Virus record (IMG/VR): IMGVR_UViG_3300025154_000375
Location: 1 to 24,453 of that record
Reading direction: 5' to 3' (one strand)
DNA from: a virus
Lineage: Duplodnaviria > Caudoviricetes
Length of the DNA: 24,453 nucleotides
Below the pieces are notes generated by a model that saw nothing but the letters and a program-made list of their open reading frames with translations, made no database searches and was not told where the DNA came from. Each line of letters starts with the position of its first letter. Positions within the stretch are counted from its first letter, which is position 1. Shown here piece by piece: positions 1 through 6,960 of the stretch. The position numbers were made by a program, and so were the translations under genes.

Positions 1-111
1 AAAACCCAGACGGAGCAGATCTGAAAACCCAGACGGAGCAGATCTGAAAACCCAGACGGAGCAGATCTGAAAACCCAGACGGAGCAGATCTGAAAACCCC
101 GGAGCAGATCT
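1..111. repeat. 23-bp tandem repeat AAAACCCAGACGGAGCAGATCTG: 4 perfect copies plus 1 degenerate copy, probably cut by the window edge
   Basis: Units at 1-23, 24-46, 47-69 and 70-92. The fifth (93-111) lacks AGA and overlaps the lysin stop codon. Confidence 0.98.
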
Positions 112-637
112 AGTCAGTGTCTTCTACCCCATAGATCAGGTTGTTTGCCATTCTATCCGCCCAGCCGCGACTGTTATCGTGCCAGTTGTTCAAATCCTTT
201 AAAAATTTCAGCCGGGCGGCGATGATGATCATCACCAGGTCCGAATCGGAAAACGACAGGATTTTTGCCCGGGTGTATGGCCCGATCACTCCGTCCGGCT
301 CCACTCGTTGCCCGTCGATGACGATGTTCATCCATCGCTGCAGCTCTTTTACCGCCCTCCTGATACCACTATGCACGGAAAAATCTATTAGCTGGTAGGT
401 TATGGCATCAGGCAGCTGCCTCGAGGAGATGGGAGCGATAAATTCCAGCAGGTAGATCTCTGCTGCCTGGTCGAGCGTCAGGTTCTTGATATCCAGATGC
501 GGATAGGAGCGCTTGGATATACCCCACTTGGTTTCTCCACCAGGGTCTGCTTTCGGCGACCTGTTGGAATATCCGCCCTCGTGGCCATTGATCCTGACGA
601 GCCATTTTTTTATTTTCTCACGATCAGGTTGTCTCAT
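110..637 (-). CDS. Endolysin, glycoside hydrolase family 108, with C-terminal peptidoglycan-binding region
   Basis: HEGGYSN...DPGGETKWGIS catalytic motif, PDGVIGPYT and GWADRM motifs. Confidence 0.93.
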   Translation of the reverse strand: MRQPDREKIKKWLVRINGHEGGYSNRSPKADPGGETKWGISKRSYPHLDIKNLTLDQAAEIYLLEFIAPISSRQLPDAITYQLIDFSVHSGIRRAVKELQRWMNIVIDGQRVEPDGVIGPYTRAKILSFSDSDLVMIIIAARLKFLKDLNNWHDNSRGWADRMANNLIYGVEDTD

Positions 638-800
638 TGTGCTCCTCTTCTTTGGCGCTCTTCAGACATTCGCCAATGGCCTTGACCTTGGCCGCCGCGT
701 CGATTCCGGCAGGGGTGATTATGCCGGCGGCATCCCTGATCGGCACCTTGACGGCGGCTGACAGCAATTCTTCGATTCGTTGTACTGTACTCATGGTCAT
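624..800 (-). CDS. Hypothetical protein, 58 aa (MTMSTVQRIEE...)
   Basis: ATG at 800 overlaps the upstream stop (ATGA) and fills the gap before the lysin. The longer listed start at 1004 lies inside another gene. Confidence 0.65.
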   Translation of the reverse strand: MTMSTVQRIEELLSAAVKVPIRDAAGIITPAGIDAAAKVKAIGECLKSAKEEEHNETT

Positions 801-1132
801 TTTCCCGGCAGGATGGCCTGTTTGGCGGCATCGGAGACCTTCGCCCACCAGCCATAGATGGCGGCCCCGGTGATACTGGTAAGGATGAGCATCACGAGAA
901 ACCGCCGGACAATTTTCTTGGAGTCGGACATGGCGGCCTTGAACTCTTTGAAGACGTCGACCATATCCTTCAGGTCTTCGGGGGTGATATCGCCAAAACG
1001 ACAATCTTCCGCGCCATGCTGCCGTTTTTTATAAGTAGCCTCGACAATGGCGGAAATTGCGTCGAGGTCCTCATTGGTCAGACTGTTTCGCCGGGTCCTG
1101 TATTGTTCCGGTTTTCTCTCCGTCTCGGGCAT
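797..1132 (-). CDS. Small membrane protein, holin or lysis-associated candidate
   Basis: 111 aa with one hydrophobic segment (FLVMLILTSITGAAIYGWW) after basic residues; close to the endolysin. Confidence 0.6.
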   Translation of the reverse strand: MPETERKPEQYRTRRNSLTNEDLDAISAIVEATYKKRQHGAEDCRFGDITPEDLKDMVDVFKEFKAAMSDSKKIVRRFLVMLILTSITGAAIYGWWAKVSDAAKQAILPGK

Positions 1133-1173
1133 TTCAGCTAACCTTTCCGGCCATCCAGGCCGGGTAAATATCC

Positions 1174-1257
1174 TTAGCAGTCGCCGGCGGCGATCCAGCC
1201 ACAGACGTCACATATCCAATCGCGCGCCAGGACGGCGCCGCAGTCGGGGCAGATCAT
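1174..1257 (-). CDS. 27-aa zinc-ribbon microprotein MICPDCGAVLARDWICDVCGWIAAGDC
   Basis: Hand-translated and absent from the ORF track. ATGA overlap with the upstream stop, GGAGG 10 nt upstream, two CxxCG knuckles, TAA at 1176-1174. Confidence 0.7.
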   Translation of the reverse strand: MICPDCGAVLARDWICDVCGWIAAGDC

Positions 1258-1892
1258 GGCCAGACCGCCTCCGGCATGGCCGCCTCGCCGCCCGGACGTT
1301 CAATCGCCCGGCCGCTGGAGTCGACGCCGGGCAGATAGAGCGAGTTGCGGGTATAGGCTGCCGGGCCCTCCGCCCGGTAGCGGGACCAGGCCAGGTCCCC
1401 GAAGACCCGCAGGGCCGAAAACGCGGCCCAGGCCTGCAGGCTGGCGCCGTTTGCCTCAATGGTGACCAGCTTCAGCAGGCGATCGAAAAAGAGCTGCGGC
1501 CGCCCGACATAGACCGGGATATTCCGGCCCTGCATGTCGGCAAACTCCTGCCTCAGCTCGTGCGAGCGGACATTGTAGGCCTGCAGGGTAGTGTAGGGAG
1601 ACAGCAGATAGCCGTACTGATAGCCGAAATCGTGGAGTATCGCGCCCTCGAGAAGCGGCCCGAACGGCGAGATCAGCCACCAGAGCAGCCGCGGTATCGA
1701 GGCCCCGTCGGTGATGAATCCTCGCGGCACAATGATGCGCAGACCACCCGGCAGGGTGACGATCCAGTCCTCCATCAGCTCCATCCTGGGCGGATTGCGG
1801 GCCACCTCGACAAGCTGCCGCCACCAGGAGAGCCCGCGCAGGTCATATGCCACCCGCCGATAGATCGGTCGGGGGATGATTGCCGCGCTCAT
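1254..1892 (-). CDS. DUF1353-family protein
   Basis: VPRGFITDGASIPR...W...AILHDFGY signature of DUF1353. Confidence 0.85.
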   Translation of the reverse strand: MSAAIIPRPIYRRVAYDLRGLSWWRQLVEVARNPPRMELMEDWIVTLPGGLRIIVPRGFITDGASIPRLLWWLISPFGPLLEGAILHDFGYQYGYLLSPYTTLQAYNVRSHELRQEFADMQGRNIPVYVGRPQLFFDRLLKLVTIEANGASLQAWAAFSALRVFGDLAWSRYRAEGPAAYTRNSLYLPGVDSSGRAIERPGGEAAMPEAVWP

Positions 1893-2176
1893 CGCCCCTG
1901 CCTCAACGTGGCGAGCTTCTCGATCTTGGCCACCTCGACATCGCGGGCGTGCATCGATGTTCGCCAGGCGGCGATCTCTTTCTTGACCATGATCGCCACT
2001 GGGACAACCCAGATCATCAGGGTATGCGCGCCGGCGAAGGCCTTTTTCAGCAATCCGTCCACATAGCCGGTGACCTGCTGCAGCTCGATTCCGTAGTGAT
2101 CGGAGATCATGGTGACGATCACGCAGAGAATGAACATCCAGAAATAGGTCTCTTTATACGTCCGTCGCTCTTCCAT
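1889..2176 (-). CDS. Two-TM membrane protein, holin candidate
   Basis: 95 aa with hydrophobic segments YFWMFILCVIVTMI and TLMIWVVPVAIMV and a charged C-terminus; GAGGTG RBS. Confidence 0.6.
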   Translation of the reverse strand: MEERRTYKETYFWMFILCVIVTMISDHYGIELQQVTGYVDGLLKKAFAGAHTLMIWVVPVAIMVKKEIAAWRTSMHARDVEVAKIEKLATLRQGR

Positions 2177-2187
2177 GCTTCACCTCG

Positions 2188-2910
2188 TCAATAATAAAAC
2201 GTGACCTGTTTGCTCTTGTTGCCGTATGGGGCATGCAGGTAGACGCCGCCGTGGGCGGTGCCGGTATTGGCCTCTCCCTCGCCGTTCGGGCCGAGGCCGG
2301 GCTTGAAGACAAAGCCATCGCTCTCCCGGTAGTTGTGCGAGGTGTCGTTGACGATGACGGTATGTCCGTCGGAAAAGACCACCTTGATCCTGCTGCCGAA
2401 GGCCGGGCCCTTTTTGGGGATCCTCCAGGCCTGGCGGCCGCCGTTGCGCACCCCGTAGCTGGTATAGGTACTGCTCTCGTCGAGCCCGGCGGTCGGCGTT
2501 GTCGGCGCCGCGGTGCCGCTCGTCGCGACGTAGGTCTTGCCGTCCGAGGTCTTGACCACAAACTTGAGCGGGCGGCTATATTGCCCGCCAGGCTTGCCCA
2601 TGATGAAGACCGGGCAGCCCTTGTACGGGATGCCCAGGCGCGCCACCTCGCCGTTCACCGAGACGTAGGTCACCGAGCCGGCCTGCAGGGTCCGGAACAG
2701 CACCGCGGCGTTGCCGTGGCCCTGATCGGAGTCCCGCTCGAAGGTGATCTCGTGCGGAAACACGGCGTTGGCGGCCGGCGGTTTAGCCGGGAACGCGGCG
2801 GCGCATTCCTGCAGGCATTCATCCAGGGAAAACGCCGAGACGGACGCCCCCGCCGGCGCGGCCGCAAGGAGGGCGATCAACATCCAGACAAGCCGCATCC
2901 AGGGCGCCAT
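2188..2910 (-). CDS. Exported two-domain protein of unknown function
   Basis: Signal-peptide-like N-terminus (MRLVWMLIALLAAAPAGA), Thr/Pro linker (GTAAPTTPTAG), GGAGGA RBS. Confidence 0.75.
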   Translation of the reverse strand: MAPWMRLVWMLIALLAAAPAGASVSAFSLDECLQECAAAFPAKPPAANAVFPHEITFERDSDQGHGNAAVLFRTLQAGSVTYVSVNGEVARLGIPYKGCPVFIMGKPGGQYSRPLKFVVKTSDGKTYVATSGTAAPTTPTAGLDESSTYTSYGVRNGGRQAWRIPKKGPAFGSRIKVVFSDGHTVIVNDTSHNYRESDGFVFKPGLGPNGEGEANTGTAHGGVYLHAPYGNKSKQVTFYY

Positions 2911-2911
2911 G

Positions 2912-3328
2912 TCAGTCCTCCTCCTTGACGTTGCCCTGGCCCGGCTCTTCCTTCACTGGCTCCGAGACCTCTGCTTTCACCTCTTCTTTCTCGACTACCT
3001 CCTTGGCGGCCTCCACGGCCTTCTCGGCAACTTTATCCTTGCCGCCGATCAGCGGGATGGCCTCTTTGATGGCCTCCTTAAAACCCTCCCAGACGGCGTC
3101 TATCTTGCTGTCTGCTTTGAGATTTTTATCGGTGGTCAGCGAGCTGCCGATCGGCGCAATGATAAACACGTTGCGGCCGTAACTCTGAGCCGTTGGATTG
3201 AACTCGGTAATGGTTCTCTGCTGGGCGCAGCTGGTTAACAACGACAGCACCAGCATGGCCAGGACAAAACAGATCCAGGCAGCAAGAAGGTAACGGGTCG
3301 GGCGCATGCACTCTGTAAGCTCTCTCAT
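2912..3328 (-). CDS. Putative lipoprotein, 138 aa
   Basis: Hydrophobic stretch ending in lipobox LTSC; Glu/Lys-rich tail; ATG at 3328 follows GAGGTG. Confidence 0.7.
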   Translation of the reverse strand: MRELTECMRPTRYLLAAWICFVLAMLVLSLLTSCAQQRTITEFNPTAQSYGRNVFIIAPIGSSLTTDKNLKADSKIDAVWEGFKEAIKEAIPLIGGKDKVAEKAVEAAKEVVEKEEVKAEVSEPVKEEPGQGNVKEED

Positions 3329-3329
3329 C

Positions 3330-3566
3330 TCACACCTCATAAGTTTGGATTTCGCCACGGCGTTGCGCCCTGGCGACAATACGGCCGCTCTGCACGGTCA
3401 CCCAGTCGACCATGGGCCGCCAGGTGGCGTCGCTTCTGGCCGTGATGACCTTGCCCAGGCGATCGCGGACCAGCCAGAGGCCGGCGGCCTTGCGGCTGAT
3501 GACCAGGCCGTCGACCGGCACGGTCGAGTCGGGCCGGAAAATCTTTTTGACGATCTCATTTGTCAT
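3330..3566 (-). CDS. Small phage protein, probably tail tip
   Basis: 78 aa, beta-rich, overlaps the upstream gene end, GGAGG RBS; last gene of the tail cluster. Confidence 0.65.
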   Translation of the reverse strand: MTNEIVKKIFRPDSTVPVDGLVISRKAAGLWLVRDRLGKVITARSDATWRPMVDWVTVQSGRIVARAQRRGEIQTYEV

Positions 3567-3870
3567 CGACTACCTCCACGTTCAGCCGGCAATCGGCGGT
3601 GAACTCGCTGCCGCTGATCTGATAGGTCTTCTCCATGCTGCGCAGCTTGCCGACGCGCCTGCCCTTGGAGGTCGTCACCCCGACCAGGCCGCCGGGCATG
3701 ACGAACGGCATCAGCGCAGTCGAGATCCCCAGGTCTTTGCGGTTGGAGCATCTCCGGTTGATCTCCGCCGCACCTCTGGCCAGGGCCACCGGCACCGAGG
3801 TGATCAGCGGGTCGGAGATCCTCGGCCCGCGCTTGTCGCCGGGGAAGCGGCTGACCAGGATCTCGATCAT
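3556..3870 (-). CDS. Small phage tail-tip protein
   Basis: 104 aa, ATGA-coupled; located in the tail cluster. Confidence 0.7.
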   Translation of the reverse strand: MIEILVSRFPGDKRGPRISDPLITSVPVALARGAAEINRRCSNRKDLGISTALMPFVMPGGLVGVTTSKGRRVGKLRSMEKTYQISGSEFTADCRLNVEVVDDK

Positions 3871-4382
3871 GGGATCACCTCCGCGTAGACCACCACGCCG
3901 ATCGGCCAGTCGTCATCGTCATCCGGGCCGATGGCCAGCCCGGTCGGGGCGGTCAGCTTGTACTGCATTGCGGTGTAGCTGTAGGCGATGTCGGCAAGAC
4001 AAGGGGCCGAGTTGGCCTTGACCTGATCACCCTCGACAGTCAGCACCGCCGTCCGGCCGTACCAGGTCGGGGAAATCTCGCCGGCCGGCAGCTGCGACAA
4101 GCCGAGCAGCTTATCGGGCAGATCGAAGAGCAGCCGGTCGACCTGGTCCCTGCTCACCTGGCCGACCGCCGCGAGCGTATTATCCATCGTCGGCTTGACT
4201 GAGAGCAGCCGCAGCCCGGTCGGGACGATAACCAGCAGATAGCGGCTGTCGCCGGAATAGTAGGCGCTGATCGGCTTGCCGGCCGCGTCGACGTTGGCGA
4301 CATCGTCCCAGAATACCTGAATGCCGGATTCTCCGGAGTCGGCCTCATCGCCGAAAATCACCACCTTGTTTATCAACGACAT
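3867..4382 (-). CDS. Tail-tip protein with a divergent copy of the shared beta module
   Basis: 171 aa, acidic; pattern resembles the 9787..10542 product by eye. Confidence 0.7.
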   Translation of the reverse strand: MSLINKVVIFGDEADSGESGIQVFWDDVANVDAAGKPISAYYSGDSRYLLVIVPTGLRLLSVKPTMDNTLAAVGQVSRDQVDRLLFDLPDKLLGLSQLPAGEISPTWYGRTAVLTVEGDQVKANSAPCLADIAYSYTAMQYKLTAPTGLAIGPDDDDDWPIGVVVYAEVIP

Positions 4383-4391
4383 AGAATCATC

Positions 4392-6587
4392 TCAATCAAC
4401 ATAGATCAGCAGATGTTCGGCCCGCGGGTCCGTCAGCAGCCATCTGCGGTATTTGGTCTTGTAGGTCACATCGAGCAGGGCGTCGCCGAGCACGGCGGTG
4501 GCGATGCTGCCGTCCTCCTCGAACGTCACGGCGCCGAGACCGTCCTCCTTATACTGGTACGACACCAGGCCGTAGCACGGCAGCTGCAGCCGGCCGATGC
4601 CGGCGGTGACCACTACATTCTCGTCGGTGACTATCTCCTCGTGCACGCCCAGGTAATCGATCGACACCCAGTCGCCGCCGGTGTGGCCGAGGACGATCGC
4701 CTTGGCCGCGTTCCATGGCCAATGATAAAATTTGACGTCCTTGGTGGTGGCGGTCAGGGGTTTGTCATCGAGGTGATGGTTACCGGCCGCCGACGATTGG
4801 CCGCCGACCATGAAGGCGTTGAAGCCATCGCGCTCGTCCGGCTGCTCGTCGATCGAGAAGATATGGTCCTGATCATTGATCTCGAGATCGGTCGCGGCGG
4901 TCGGCCAGGTGCCGACATTCACCGCGTATTCGGGCCGCAGGCGGATGGTCTCCCCGTCCGGCATCGACTGGACAAAAGCCCCGCTCGCCGCCGCCAGCCG
5001 GACCAGGACCTGATAGGCGGTCTCGTCCTCGGCCATCAGCTCGCCGGCGAGAAACGGCCAGCCTTCCACGCCCTGCCAGTCCAGGGTGATGCCGTAGCCG
5101 GCAGCCAGAGCGGTCATCAGGGCAGCAGCCACGCCCGGGCCGAGATCGTCGGTCAGCGGCTCTTCGTCAAGGGCAATGGTCGGCGAGACGGCGGTGAGGA
5201 TATGGTCGGCGGCGCCGGGCTCCTCCGGGTTTGCCAGGGTCTGGACCCGCAGGACGGTGATCTCCGCCGGCAGCTCATCGAGCAGCTCGGTGATGACCAC
5301 CGTCTCGCCGACCCGGCAAAGGGCATACTGGGCCGGATCGGGGAAACGGATGGTGGCCGAGAGGAAGCCGTCCGAGTCGTCGGCCTTAATCGAAACATAA
5401 TCCGGCTCTACCAGCCTGCCGCCGACGGTGACAGACAGCGAGATCCCCTGGCGGATCGCCTCGCCGCTGGCGATCGCGCAGGGCTGGGCCAGGCTCATGG
5501 TCACCCGGCCGTTGTTGGCCATATTGACCGGCTGATCGAGCGACATGGCCAGCAGCTGCCCGGCGATGACCACCGACTGGTCGAGCGACAGGGTCACCCG
5601 GCCCGGCATTTTGACGTGCTGGTCGAGCGACAGCCGTACCAGCGGGCAGACGCCGACATGCTGGTCGAGGCGCAGGGTTATCTGGCGGAGGCTGCGCACC
5701 CACTGGTTGAGCGACATGGTCACCTGCGGCATCGCCCGGCAGCGCTGGATCAGCGACATGGACAGCTCCATGCCGCTGGACTGATCGAGGGAGAGGGTCA
5801 GGAGTTTGCGCAGGGCGATGGGCTGGTCGAGGGAGAGGGTGACCAGCTGAGCCAGCGATATCGGTTGATTGAGGGAGAGAGTTACCAGTTGCGCTGCGAT
5901 CGTCGGCGCCGCATCTTTATAGGGATGATCAGCCGCCAGACTGCCTTCCAGCCCCCACTTCCAGGCCAAATAACCTTCAATTAATTGCCGATCATCCGTC
6001 GAAATCGATCCTGAGATGATAATCATCTCGGCAATCGAGCCGGCCAGCAAAAACGTTGAGGATGCTGTATATCCAGAGATCCTCGCGGATGTCCATGATG
6101 TTAAATTGGCGTTGACTGCGCCGACAATATGCGGGGCATTATGGAGAGCGGTATAAACCTGGCCACGATTTGCCCACGTTTGACTGGCCCCGTTTTTATA
6201 ATATGTCGGCGTACCAAAATTTGTGCTTACTGCGGCCGCTGAGCCGCTTTGTGCACACGCGCCAAAATCCGTAGTTAATGAATTCTCGTTTAAAACGATG
6301 TACGGAGTATCGGCAGTTATCTGCACATAAAAAATCGAGACATTGGTGCCGATACTGCCTGCAATTTCTAGAAAATCGCTTGACCCGTCGAACGTAACTA
6401 TATTTTTGCCGTTCAATCCTCCTGCGGTAATAACTGGTTGATTGGCATCCGTAGTCTGTACCGCATGGCGGTTATTGCCGGATTTGTCTGCCCATTGACC
6501 GACCCCGGTATCGATTGTAATGGTCGCCGCATCGTCCGCGTCGAGCCACAGCAATGTGGTCAGTTCAGCTGGGGTCCACAATGCCAT
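4392..6587 (-). CDS. Multidomain tail protein, 731 aa: N-terminal ConA/LamG-like domain, 14-aa repeat stalk, hub-like C-terminal region
   Basis: Start MALWTPAE after a G-rich RBS. LWLDADD...QWADKSGNNRHAVQ and GSIAEMII...IEGYLAWKWG are typical of LamG-like phage domains. The hub assignment is inferred from position. Confidence 0.75.
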   Translation of the reverse strand: MALWTPAELTTLLWLDADDAATITIDTGVGQWADKSGNNRHAVQTTDANQPVITAGGLNGKNIVTFDGSSDFLEIAGSIGTNVSIFYVQITADTPYIVLNENSLTTDFGACAQSGSAAAVSTNFGTPTYYKNGASQTWANRGQVYTALHNAPHIVGAVNANLTSWTSARISGYTASSTFLLAGSIAEMIIISGSISTDDRQLIEGYLAWKWGLEGSLAADHPYKDAAPTIAAQLVTLSLNQPISLAQLVTLSLDQPIALRKLLTLSLDQSSGMELSMSLIQRCRAMPQVTMSLNQWVRSLRQITLRLDQHVGVCPLVRLSLDQHVKMPGRVTLSLDQSVVIAGQLLAMSLDQPVNMANNGRVTMSLAQPCAIASGEAIRQGISLSVTVGGRLVEPDYVSIKADDSDGFLSATIRFPDPAQYALCRVGETVVITELLDELPAEITVLRVQTLANPEEPGAADHILTAVSPTIALDEEPLTDDLGPGVAAALMTALAAGYGITLDWQGVEGWPFLAGELMAEDETAYQVLVRLAAASGAFVQSMPDGETIRLRPEYAVNVGTWPTAATDLEINDQDHIFSIDEQPDERDGFNAFMVGGQSSAAGNHHLDDKPLTATTKDVKFYHWPWNAAKAIVLGHTGGDWVSIDYLGVHEEIVTDENVVVTAGIGRLQLPCYGLVSYQYKEDGLGAVTFEEDGSIATAVLGDALLDVTYKTKYRRWLLTDPRAEHLLIYVD
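5469..5891 (-). repeat. About ten ~14-aa coding repeats, consensus xVTLSLDQxxxxxx
   Basis: LVTLSLNQ, LVTLSLDQ, LLTLSLDQ, ELSMSLIQ, QVTMSLNQ, QITLRLDQ, LVRLSLDQ, RVTLSLDQ, LLAMSLDQ, RVTMSLAQ. Confidence 0.93.
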
Positions 6588-6960
6588 TATCGCCCCCCCT
6601 GACAATATACTCAGTATGTCCGCAATGTTTGTCCTGCCATGGCTGGTCAGTGGCAGGCCGATTCTGACATTGAACGGCATGGGTGTAACCGCCTGGCACT
6701 TTCGTTGCTGGATTGATATTGAGAGGCACAATTAAGGCCATGAGACCGCATACAGAACAATGGACCATGTTGTCTGGCCGGTATTTGCCCGGCTGCCTCG
6801 GTGATGCTTCCCTTGACTCCGTCGCTGCGGCAGATCGTTTATCAATGTGATCGTTGAGCTCGTATATCATGGTGTCGATGGACATTCCCTCGCGTTTGGC
6901 TTTCAGCAACAATCCAGCCAACGCCTGTAATGTACCGAGATTATATGATTCAAAAAGCAT
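6565..6960 (-). CDS. Zinc-ribbon-like protein within the tail cluster, 131 aa
   Basis: TGATG coupling to the upstream gene, GGAGG RBS; HCSVCG...QCQN...HCGH cysteine pattern. Confidence 0.75.
   Translation of the reverse strand: MLFESYNLGTLQALAGLLLKAKREGMSIDTMIYELNDHIDKRSAAATESREASPRQPGKYRPDNMVHCSVCGLMALIVPLNINPATKVPGGYTHAVQCQNRPATDQPWQDKHCGHTEYIVRGGDNGIVDPS

Noticed and set aside
1-111. CRISPR array
   Set aside because: Units are contiguous with no unique spacers, and no cas genes are visible.
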